Source of the DNA: a bacterium
GTDB taxonomy: Bacteria; RBG-13-61-14; DATKZS01
DNA: 24,500 nt
Assembly (NCBI GenBank): GCA_046484135.1
Contig: JAWOBU010000127.1
Coordinates: forward strand, 1 to 24,500
Reading direction: 5' to 3'
The notes beneath the pieces are model-generated. The model saw nothing but the letters and a program-made list of their open reading frames with translations. It made no database searches and was not told the origin of the DNA. The position numbers and the translations under genes were made by a program. Positions 16,688 to 24,500 of the stretch are shown one piece after another (position 1 is the stretch's first letter; each line of letters begins with the position of its first letter).

Positions 16688-17784
16688 GCGTCACCGAGGA
16701 CATCCGGTCGTTCCGGGAGTTGGCGGAACGCTTTGCCGGAAGAGAGCTCGAGGCCGGCGCTGTGGACCGTGACAATTATCCTTTCGTGGAGTTCAACCGG
16801 GCCGCACTGGACGCAGCGCAGGAGACGGGGCTGCTCTCGGTCATGCTTCCGGAGGACCTGGGAGGAGTGGGCCAGGGCATTGCCGCTTTGTGCGAGGTCC
16901 TTATGCCTATTGCACAAGCCGACGCGAGCTTTGCCGCCCTGGTCTTCATGAACACCCTGTCTCAAGCGGCAGTGGTGGAGTGGGGCACAAAGGAGATCAA
17001 GGAGAAGTACGTGAACTCGGTGATCGGCCTGCCCGCGTATGACCTGCCTCATGAGTTGCAGGAAGAGGTCGCCGCCGAAAGGACCGGAGAGGGCTTCCGG
17101 CTCTCCGGCAGGGTCGAGTACGTGGTCCCGGCGCCGGTGGCTGATGCTCTGATTGTCCCGGCCGTGCTTTCCGGCACCGGCAAGGTCGGGCTTTTCCTTA
17201 TTGACGCCGGAGCGGAAGGCGTAAAAGTGGGCGGGCCTGTACTCAGCCTGGGACTGCGCGGCTGCCCGGCCGCGGACGTCGAGCTTCAAAACGCCGGCCT
17301 TCCCGCTCATGCCCTGCTCTGCGACGACGCAAACGAGCGCTTTCCTGCTCTGGCAGCACGGTTCCGGCCCGCGCTCGCGGCCCTGTCCACGGGCGTTTGC
17401 GAGGGGTCCTTCCAGGCGGCCAAGGCTTACGCCAAAGAGCGCTACCAGGGCGGAAGGATGATCATAAATTATGATATGGTAAGGCAGATGCTCGCCAATT
17501 TAGCGGTGGCCGCGGAGTCCGGCAAGGCCCTGGTGCGGCAGATGGCGGAGGCCGCGGAGCAAGGGCGACCATGGCCTCTTTCCGACGCCGGTCATATCAT
17601 GGCGGCTGAGCAGGCGGCCCGGGCCGCCGGCGACGGCGTGCAGGTGCTGGGCGGCTACGGCTACATGGAGGACTACGGCCAGGAAAAAAGGATGCGGGAC
17701 GCAAAGCAGATAGCCAATATCCTGGGGGCGCCTCCCGCGAAAAGGCTCCGGCTCATGGAAGAGATCATCAGGCAGGAAGAGTAA
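16684..17784 (+). CDS. Acyl-CoA dehydrogenase family protein (degenerate active site)
   Basis: LPEDLGG, SLGLRG, YAKERYQGG, QVLGGYGYMEDY..EKRMRDAK; lacks the TEP and EGT motifs; ATGA overlap with the upstream ACAD. Confidence 0.9.
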   Translation: MSVTEDIRSFRELAERFAGRELEAGAVDRDNYPFVEFNRAALDAAQETGLLSVMLPEDLGGVGQGIAALCEVLMPIAQADASFAALVFMNTLSQAAVVEWGTKEIKEKYVNSVIGLPAYDLPHELQEEVAAERTGEGFRLSGRVEYVVPAPVADALIVPAVLSGTGKVGLFLIDAGAEGVKVGGPVLSLGLRGCPAADVELQNAGLPAHALLCDDANERFPALAARFRPALAALSTGVCEGSFQAAKAYAKERYQGGRMIINYDMVRQMLANLAVAAESGKALVRQMAEAAEQGRPWPLSDAGHIMAAEQAARAAGDGVQVLGGYGYMEDYGQEKRMRDAKQIANILGAPPAKRLRLMEEIIRQEE

Positions 17785-17825
17785 GAAGACGTGAACAATT
17801 ATGAAGAAAAGGACATGAACAGGAG

Positions 17826-19508
17826 ATGAAAACCTACCGGATGCTGGGCCGGGTGGCCAAGGGAGTGGGCGCCTCCATGCGGGACGAGTGGCGGCGGGGC
17901 ACACTGGGCGAGACCCTGCGGCTGTCCCTCCAAAAAAGGACGCTCCGCTTTGCAAAGGACTTATCCCACGCCGACCTGTTGGAAGAAAAGGCGGCCCTCT
18001 ACGGCGACCGGCCGTTTCTTATCTTTCAAGGCAGGACGTTTTCCTACCGGCAGATGAACGAGAGGGCGGACCGGGCGGCCGCGTTCCTGGCGGCCCTGGG
18101 AGGCGGTCCAGGCAAGCATCTTGCGCTCATGATGAAAAACAGCCCGGAGTGGCTTTTCGTTTTCTTCGGCGCCCAGAAGATCGGGATGGCCGCGGTGCCG
18201 GTAAACACGGCGCTGCGGGGCAACCAGCTTCAGTTCGTCCTGAACCACTCGGACGCCTGCATCCTGGTAATAAACCATGACCTGTTCCCGCATTACGAGC
18301 GGGTAAAGGACGACATCGAGTCCGAGCTTGCCGTTGTGATAAACCCGGAAGGCGAAGAAGAAGAAGTGCCGGAAGGCACGCGTTCCCTTTCCGAAGCCTT
18401 TGACCCGGAGGCAACCTTTCCCTGGCAGTCGCTCACGGCCCGGGCAGGAGACATCTGCCTGCTCATGTATACCTCCGGGACCACCGGCCTGCCCAAGGGG
18501 GTGGTGACCCGCTACGGAAACACCAACATAAAGATACTCGGCATCGTGGGAAGGCTGAACCTAGACAGCGACGACGTATACTACACCTGCTTTCCGCTCT
18601 TTCACGCCAACGCACTCCTGCTCACCGTTACCGCGGCCATGCACGCGGGCGCCCGGGTGGCGCTGTCCACCCGCTTCAGCGCCTCGAAGTTCTGGGACGA
18701 GATTTACGAGACCGGGGCCACCGTGTTCAACGGCCTGGGGGCCATGATCCCCATACTCATGAAGCAGCCGGTGAAAGAGGTCGAGAAAAAGAACCGGGTG
18801 CGGTACGTGCTCTCCGCGGCCTGTCCCGCGGACATGTGGGAGCCGTTCGAGAAGCGGTTCAACCTCGAGATCATCGAGGGCTACGGCGCGGTGGACGGCG
18901 GCGGCCTTATCATCATGAACTGGGGGCAGGCACCCAAGGGCAGCCTGGGCAAACCGCTCGGGTCCAAGGTCCGGGTGGTGGACGACGACATGAACGACGT
19001 GCCGGTCCGGGAGCCGGGCGAGCTTGTCTCGTGGGTCGGCAACCGCGAGTCGAGCGTCGAGTATTACAAGAACGAGAAAGCGGGGTCGGAAAAAGTCAGG
19101 GACGGCTGGCTCCATACCGGCGACCTGGTGTACCAGGACGAAAAGGGGTACTTGTACTACGTGGGCAGGAAGAGCGAGTTCTTGCGAAGGCGCGGCGAGA
19201 ACGTGTCCGCCTACGAGGTGGAGCACGCCATCCTCCAGCACCCGGATGTGCTCGAGTGCGCGGTGTATGCCGTTCCCTCCGAGCTTGCCGAGGACGACAT
19301 CATGGCGGCGGTGGTGCCTGCGGAAGGCAAAACCGTTCATGCGGCGCGGCTTAAGGAGTTTTTGCAAGACCACCTGGCCAAGTTCGCCATACCCCGCTAC
19401 TACCGCGTCATGGACGAGCTGCCCAAGACCGAGACGCACCGGGTTATAAAAAACGTGCTGGAGAAAGAAGGAGTAACCGAAGACACCATTGACCTCGCGA
19501 GTTCCTGA
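17826..19508 (+). CDS. ATP-dependent acyl-CoA ligase, CaiC-like
   Basis: YTSGTTGLPKG, PLFHANA, FSASKFW, EGYG, TGD, RRRGENVSAYEVE. Confidence 0.92.
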   Translation: MKTYRMLGRVAKGVGASMRDEWRRGTLGETLRLSLQKRTLRFAKDLSHADLLEEKAALYGDRPFLIFQGRTFSYRQMNERADRAAAFLAALGGGPGKHLALMMKNSPEWLFVFFGAQKIGMAAVPVNTALRGNQLQFVLNHSDACILVINHDLFPHYERVKDDIESELAVVINPEGEEEEVPEGTRSLSEAFDPEATFPWQSLTARAGDICLLMYTSGTTGLPKGVVTRYGNTNIKILGIVGRLNLDSDDVYYTCFPLFHANALLLTVTAAMHAGARVALSTRFSASKFWDEIYETGATVFNGLGAMIPILMKQPVKEVEKKNRVRYVLSAACPADMWEPFEKRFNLEIIEGYGAVDGGGLIIMNWGQAPKGSLGKPLGSKVRVVDDDMNDVPVREPGELVSWVGNRESSVEYYKNEKAGSEKVRDGWLHTGDLVYQDEKGYLYYVGRKSEFLRRRGENVSAYEVEHAILQHPDVLECAVYAVPSELAEDDIMAAVVPAEGKTVHAARLKEFLQDHLAKFAIPRYYRVMDELPKTETHRVIKNVLEKEGVTEDTIDLASS

Positions 19509-19563
19509 AAAAGGATGGCCGGAGAATCTGCGGGTGATGTTACTCTCGTCTTTCCAATAAGAC

Positions 19564-19606
19564 TTTATTTCACGTAAAGGCGCATAGCCGCAAAGGTAAA
19601 ACAAAG
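19564..19606 (-). repeat. Dispersed CTTTGCG-type repeat (homolog of 4464-4506)
   Basis: tttatttcacgtaaaggcgcatagccgcaaaggtaaaacaaag. Confidence 0.7.
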
Positions 19607-19692
19607 GAATTCTCGAGTCTCTGCGTCTTGACGTTACTTCAGGGCAAAGTACTCCGTTTCCGTTTGATGTTTCGTAGCAATTCTTCTAAACC

Positions 19693-19721
19693 TTGCTTTT
19701 GCCGCTTCTCGTTTTTATAAT
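19693..19721 (+). promoter_or_regulatory. Sigma70 promoter upstream of the PpiD-like gene
   Basis: TTGCTT-N17-TATAAT. Confidence 0.6.
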
Positions 19722-19809
19722 AATCTTTTAGCTTTGTTGACACTCGCCCGCGTGGGCAGGCGAGAGAAGAAAGGCGATTTACGCGCCGTCAAGGGAGGAA
19801 CTCTTTTCA

Positions 19810-21837
19810 ATGCTTACCTGGATTAGAAAGAGGTCTGGGTCCAGATGGGTCAAGATTCTCATGATCTTACTTGCGTTGACCTTTTTCGGGGGCTTCGGGC
19901 TTATGAGCTCGACCAAGGTGCAGTCCTGCATGGGCATCGAGGCCGGCAGGAACGCTTTGGTGTATGCCCGGATTGACGGGATGAAGATCACTCGGACCGA
20001 GTTTCAGAACGCCTTCAGTAACCAGCTCAGCCGGCGGCGGTACCAGCTTCAACAGCAGGGCCAGGGCCAGCCGGTATCCGAGGACATGATTGACAAGGAG
20101 AATCTCCGGCTTGAGGTGATGGACTCGCTGGTGGCGGAGAAGCTTATAGGCCGCAAGGCGGAGCAGTTGGGCATCAGGGTGAGCGATGACGAGGTGCAGC
20201 AGGAGATCGCCCGGACCTTTACCGACCAGCAGGGCAACTTCACCCGCCAGACATATTTGCAGCGGCTCCGCCGGGCCGGGATTTCGCCCGCCGAGTTCGA
20301 GGGAATGGTGAGAAAGAGCCTGCGGAGGAGGAGGGTGCAGCAGTCTTTGACCAGCGCCGTAACCGTGCTTCCGGGGGAAGTGGAAGAGCATTTTGCTTTT
20401 AACAAGCAGAAGCTGAAGCTCGACTACCTGGTTTATGATCCGGCGATTGTGGCCGAAGAAGTGGAGCCGAAGCCGGCGCGGGTCAAGGAGTACTTTGAAG
20501 AGCATCCGCTCGAGTTCTACCTGGGCGAGACCCGGCGGGTGGATTACGTGTCGTGGTCGGTGGAAGGGATGATGTCGGGCATCACGGTGTCGGAGGATGA
20601 GCTGCACGAGTTTTACGAACAAGTAAAAGACCGTTATAAGACGCGGCCGGAGCAGGCAAACGCCAGCCACATCCTGGTCAAGGTCTCTCCGGACGCTCCG
20701 GAGTCGGAGCAGGAGACGGCGCGGAGCCTGATTCAGAGCGTTTACGAGAAGATACGGGCGGGCGCCGATTTCAGCGAGATGGCGCGGCAATACTCGGAGG
20801 ACGCCAGCGCCCGTGAGGGGGGCGAGCTGGGCTGGTTTGCCCGCCAGGAGGACGCTAAGGAGTATCAGCTTCCGGCCATGGTGGAGGAGTTCGAGAAAGC
20901 GGCCTTTTCTTTGGAGAAGGGCGAAGTCTCCAAGCCGGTCCAGACGGATTTCGGTTTTCATCTTATCAAGGTCACGGACCGGAAGCCGGCGGAGTACAGG
21001 CCCTTTTCCGAGATCCGCTCCGACCTGGTGTTCGATCTCAAGCACGGCACGGCCATGATGAAGGTCCATGACAAGGTGGAGAAGGTGAGGGAGTCCATCG
21101 AAGAGGGCCTTAGCCTTGCGGAGGCTGCCGAAGAGGCGGACAAGAAAGTAAAGACCTCGAACTGGTTCCAGATGACCGATGACAAGGTGTTCGGGCTTCC
21201 GGACAGCGACGTTATAGTGGAGAACGCTTTTGACCTTGAAAAGGACAAGGTCAGCGAGCCCCTGGAGGGCAAGGACCACATATATCTTATCAAGGTGATT
21301 GAAATAAACCCCGAGCACGAGGCCTCCCTGGAAGAGGTCAGGCCCAGGATAGCCAAGAAGCTGAAACCGAAAGCGCAACTGGAACACACCCGCGAGTACG
21401 CGGCGGAGCAGCTTGCGAAGCTCAAGAAGGGCGAGCTTACCATGGAAGAGGCGGCAGAGAAAGAAGGGATCGAGCTTATGACCACCGAGCTCCAGGAGCG
21501 AGGAGAGTTCCAACTGCCTGACATGGAAGGCTCCGAGGAGTTCGTGGACGAGCTTCTGAAGCTCTCGGAACAGAAGGTGTGGTCTGCGAAGCCGGCAGCC
21601 GCGGAGGACAAGGTAATCGTTATGAAGCTGGCGGAATCCAGGCCTCCGGACATGACCGAGTTCCCGCAATATAAGGCGTCCTTTAAAAACGAGCTTTTAA
21701 AAAGGAAGCAGCAGGAGATCATGGAAAACTGGATTGAACAGATGGAAAAGGAAGAAGTAACCTATACCGACGAATGGAAAGAATTCATAGGCGAGAAAGA
21801 AAAACAGGAGCCGGAGGAGAAGTCCCAAAGCTCTTGA
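19810..21837 (+). CDS. ppiD: PpiD-like membrane-anchored chaperone (SurA N-terminal domain plus parvulin PPIase)
   Basis: N-terminal TM helix, SurA_N-like region, ASHILVK, FSEMARQYSED, GGELGWF, PVQTDFGFHLIKV; GGAGG RBS. Confidence 0.88.
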   Translation: MLTWIRKRSGSRWVKILMILLALTFFGGFGLMSSTKVQSCMGIEAGRNALVYARIDGMKITRTEFQNAFSNQLSRRRYQLQQQGQGQPVSEDMIDKENLRLEVMDSLVAEKLIGRKAEQLGIRVSDDEVQQEIARTFTDQQGNFTRQTYLQRLRRAGISPAEFEGMVRKSLRRRRVQQSLTSAVTVLPGEVEEHFAFNKQKLKLDYLVYDPAIVAEEVEPKPARVKEYFEEHPLEFYLGETRRVDYVSWSVEGMMSGITVSEDELHEFYEQVKDRYKTRPEQANASHILVKVSPDAPESEQETARSLIQSVYEKIRAGADFSEMARQYSEDASAREGGELGWFARQEDAKEYQLPAMVEEFEKAAFSLEKGEVSKPVQTDFGFHLIKVTDRKPAEYRPFSEIRSDLVFDLKHGTAMMKVHDKVEKVRESIEEGLSLAEAAEEADKKVKTSNWFQMTDDKVFGLPDSDVIVENAFDLEKDKVSEPLEGKDHIYLIKVIEINPEHEASLEEVRPRIAKKLKPKAQLEHTREYAAEQLAKLKKGELTMEEAAEKEGIELMTTELQERGEFQLPDMEGSEEFVDELLKLSEQKVWSAKPAAAEDKVIVMKLAESRPPDMTEFPQYKASFKNELLKRKQQEIMENWIEQMEKEEVTYTDEWKEFIGEKEKQEPEEKSQSS

Positions 21838-21935
21838 ACAGCCGAGACCAACGCCGAAAGCGGCGAAGACCGCGCGAGCCATGGATACGGTGATTTAATT
21901 TCTTTTCCGATATGATGATATTCTGAAAGAGCAGT

Positions 21936-21983
21936 TGGCCCGTCCGTGCCGCCGTAAGGCGGAGCGGGCGGGTTTACAGGTTA
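21936..21983 (+). repeat. Single REP-like hairpin of the same family as 1497-1659
   Basis: tggcccgtccgtgccgc...gcggagcgggcgggtttacaggtta aligns with tggcccacccatgccgc...gcggcatgggtggggtacaggtta. Confidence 0.65.
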
Positions 21984-22021
21984 AAGGCGGGAGCGCCGCT
22001 ATGGAGGTCAGGGGCAAGGAC

Positions 22022-23209
22022 ATGAAAATGGACCATCAGAAAGAAAGCGGGAAGTACTTGATGAGCACTTATGCAAGGCTGCCGGTGGCCTTTGTGGAAG
22101 GAGCGGGCATGCGGCTTTGGGACAGTGAGGGACTCGAGTATTTGGATTTTCTGGCGGGCATTGCAGTGGCGAACCTCGGACACGCCCACCAGGAGGTTGC
22201 GCAGGCGATATGCGACCAGGCCTTTACCCTGGTGCATACCTCAAACCTCTATCAGATAGAACCACAGATCGAGCTGGCCCGGCGGCTTTGCGGGATGAGC
22301 TTCGCGGACAAGGCGTTCTTTTGCAACTCGGGCGCGGAGGCCAACGAGGGCGCCATGAAGCTGGCCCGCCGGTGGGGGCACGATTACAAGAACGGGGCCT
22401 CTGAGATCATCGCCATGGAAGGGAGCTTTCACGGCCGGACCCTGTTCACCCTGTCCGCCACCGGCCAGCCCAAGTTCCATAAAGGCTTCGAGCCGCTGGT
22501 ACCGGGCGTTACCATCGTTTCTTACAACGATCTCGACGAGGTGGAGAAAGCGATCTCGGAGAAGACCGCGGCCGTCATAGTCGAGCCTCTCCAGGGCGAA
22601 GGAGGGGTAATAGTGCCGGAGAAAGGGTATCTCAAAGGACTGCGCGAGATTTGCGACCGGCACGAGGTTCTTCTTATCTTTGACGAGGTCCAGACCGGCA
22701 TGGGAAGAACCGGCGAGATGTTCGCGTATCAGGGGGAAGGGGTAGCTCCTGACATCATGACCCTGGCCAAGGCTCTCGGGAACGGAGTGCCCATTGGAGC
22801 GGTGCTGGCAAAGGACAAGGCCGCCCGCGCCTTTGTGCCGGGCACCCATGCCGCCACCTTTGGCGGGAACTTCCTCTCATGCAAGGCAGCGACCGCGGTC
22901 CTGGACGTGTTTGAAAAAAAGGACCTGCTGGCACACGTGAAAGAGACCGGCCGCTATTTCCGGCAGAAGCTCGAAGAGCTGCAAGCCAGGCACAAGTGCA
23001 TAAAGGAGGTCCGCGGCAAGGGGCTTCTTTTGGGCATGGAGCTTATTGTGCCCGGCAAGGAGGTGGTGGACAGATGCATGGAGGAAGGCATGATCATAAA
23101 CTGCACCGCGGAAAAGGTGCTCAGGTTCGCTCCTCCCTTGATCGTTACCACCGAGGACATAGACAAGCTCATAGCGGTCCTGGACGAGGCATTGCAAGCT
23201 TTGGGATAA
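22022..23209 (+). CDS. argD: Acetylornithine aminotransferase
   Basis: YLDFLAGIAV, FCNSGAEANE, SFHGRT, EPLQGEGG, DEVQTGMGRTG, AKALGNG; next to argF. Start could be 22001, 22022 or 22028. Confidence 0.95.
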   Translation: MKMDHQKESGKYLMSTYARLPVAFVEGAGMRLWDSEGLEYLDFLAGIAVANLGHAHQEVAQAICDQAFTLVHTSNLYQIEPQIELARRLCGMSFADKAFFCNSGAEANEGAMKLARRWGHDYKNGASEIIAMEGSFHGRTLFTLSATGQPKFHKGFEPLVPGVTIVSYNDLDEVEKAISEKTAAVIVEPLQGEGGVIVPEKGYLKGLREICDRHEVLLIFDEVQTGMGRTGEMFAYQGEGVAPDIMTLAKALGNGVPIGAVLAKDKAARAFVPGTHAATFGGNFLSCKAATAVLDVFEKKDLLAHVKETGRYFRQKLEELQARHKCIKEVRGKGLLLGMELIVPGKEVVDRCMEEGMIINCTAEKVLRFAPPLIVTTEDIDKLIAVLDEALQALG

Positions 23210-23363
23210 GGCTCCGGCAGGCGCTTTTTTATCGTATCGTAAGATTTCTCATTAGAGCGAGTTAAAGTCGCGGCTTACGCCGCTGACACCTGCCTGCTAT
23301 TTCTGGAGAGAGTTTTGAGTTGACAAGCGGCGAAGCATAACAGAATCGGTTTGCCGCTGGGGG

Positions 23364-23392
23364 TTGGCATATATTTTGACATAGGGTAAAAT
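23364..23392 (+). promoter_or_regulatory. Internal sigma70 promoter for argF
   Basis: TTGGCA-N17-TAAAAT, 25 bp upstream of the GTG start. Confidence 0.5.
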
Positions 23393-23417
23393 TTTTGGTA
23401 AGAAAAAGGATGGGAAG

Positions 23418-24356
23418 GTGAAGGGAAAAAACTGGATAACCATTGACGGCTATAGCAGGGAAGAGCTGCTGAGTATACTGGATCGTTGCTCCTTTCTTAA
23501 GAAGGAACTTTTCGAGGGCGGAGAGAGAAAAAGCCTGAAAGGCAAAACCATCGCCATGATATTCGAGAAAGCCTCTACCAGGACCCGGGTGAGTTTCCAG
23601 GTGGGCATCGCCCAGCTTGGAGGCCAGAGCCTTTTCCTCGCCAACCACGAGCTCCAGCTTTCGCGGGGCGAGCCCATAAAAGACACGGCGCGTGTACTTT
23701 CGCGCTATGTTGACGCGGTTGTAATCCGGGGGAACAGCCACCAGGACCTGGTGGAGTTCGCCCGGTGGTCGTCGGTGCCCGTGATCAACGCCCTCACCGA
23801 CAAGTATCATCCCAGCCAGATCATTGCCGACCTTTTTACGGTGCGGGAATCCGGTTTTGACCTCGCGTCGTTCAAGCCGGCCTGGATAGGCGACGGCAAC
23901 AACGTGGCCCACTCCTGGATCAACGCGGCCGCGGTGTTCGGATTCAAGCTGGTGCTGGCCTGCCCGGCGGGTTATGACCCTGACGCTGAGGTGCTGGAGC
24001 GGGCGCGGGCCAAGGGCGCAGAGGTCGAGCTGGTGCGGGACCCGTTCTCTGCGGTGCGGGATGCGGACATTATTTATACCGACGTCTGGGCGAGCATGGG
24101 CCAGGAAGCGGAGAAAAAGAAAAGGCTTTCTGACTTCAAGGGCTTCCAGGTAAACATGGAGCTCATAAAAGCGGCTTCCGCGGGTGTCAAGCTCATGCAC
24201 TGTCTTCCGGCCCACCGCGGAGAGGAGATCACCGACGAGGCCATGGAGAGCGAACACTCGATAGTGTTCGACCAGGCGGAGAACCGGCTGCACGTGCAGA
24301 AGGCCATAATCGAGATGCTTCTTGGAGGAGAGAGAACTCCTGATGACGGTCCCTGA
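23418..24356 (+). CDS. argF: Ornithine carbamoyltransferase
   Basis: FEKASTRTRVSF, HPSQ, GDGNNV, DVWASMGQE, HCLPAHRG, QAENR. Confidence 0.97.
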   Translation: MKGKNWITIDGYSREELLSILDRCSFLKKELFEGGERKSLKGKTIAMIFEKASTRTRVSFQVGIAQLGGQSLFLANHELQLSRGEPIKDTARVLSRYVDAVVIRGNSHQDLVEFARWSSVPVINALTDKYHPSQIIADLFTVRESGFDLASFKPAWIGDGNNVAHSWINAAAVFGFKLVLACPAGYDPDAEVLERARAKGAEVELVRDPFSAVRDADIIYTDVWASMGQEAEKKKRLSDFKGFQVNMELIKAASAGVKLMHCLPAHRGEEITDEAMESEHSIVFDQAENRLHVQKAIIEMLLGGERTPDDGP

Positions 24357-24500
24357 TGACGAGTCCCTTGATCCCAGGTCCATACCCGTGGTATGTGAAG
24401 GGGTCGAGATAATGAACCTGGACATAGGGCCGGAAGAGGGGTTTCTCATCTCCAGGATTGACGGAAGGACCGACCTGGAGAGCTTGGCTTACACCTCCGG
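24343..24500 (+). CDS. 5' part of a gene truncated by the window edge (N-terminus resembling deltaproteobacterial J-domain/TPR proteins)
   Basis: MTVPDDESLDPRSIPVVCEGVEIMNLDIGPEEGFLISRIDGRTDLESLAYTS is open to the edge; GGAG-type RBS upstream; overlaps the argF stop. Confidence 0.65.
   Translation, partial: MTVPDDESLDPRSIPVVCEGVEIMNLDIGPEEGFLISRIDGRTDLESLAYTS

Noticed and set aside
19867..21669. 600-aa minus-strand ORF
   Set aside because: Antisense shadow of the PpiD-like gene; L/H/R-rich with no motifs, as expected from high-GC codon bias.
23262..24449. 395-aa minus-strand ORF (likewise 18561-19604, 5287-6366, 15724-16635, 9755-10783)
   Set aside because: Overlap well-supported genes on the opposite strand or in another frame; no recognisable domains.

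Overview
A GC-rich bacterial chromosomal segment whose gene content suggests a deltaproteobacterium (inference). Housekeeping blocks are nadC-birA-coaX, a PpiD/SurA-type foldase and argD-argF. Between them lie an accessory region of secreted or membrane proteins (11-repeat ankyrin protein, DUF1571 protein, NTF2-like membrane protein, GT-C-type glycosyltransferase, matrixin-PKD protease with a partner gene, GxGYxYP protein) and an operon of two acyl-CoA dehydrogenases plus a CoA ligase. The most unusual signal is a 70-bp inverted repeat (98-273) that disrupts the 3' end of a PqqD/RRE gene. Its 36-bp spacer encodes a lipoprotein signal peptide pointing the wrong way relative to the ORF it appears to belong to, so it is either a micro-inversion switch, a template-switch scar or an assembly artefact. 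The intergenic DNA carries at least four families of small non-autonomous repeats: a TIR-bounded MITE, a self-nesting 29-bp palindrome, a REPIN-like element with covarying stems, and a CTTTGCG-type repeat. I recognised no rRNA, tRNA, CRISPR array or transposase.
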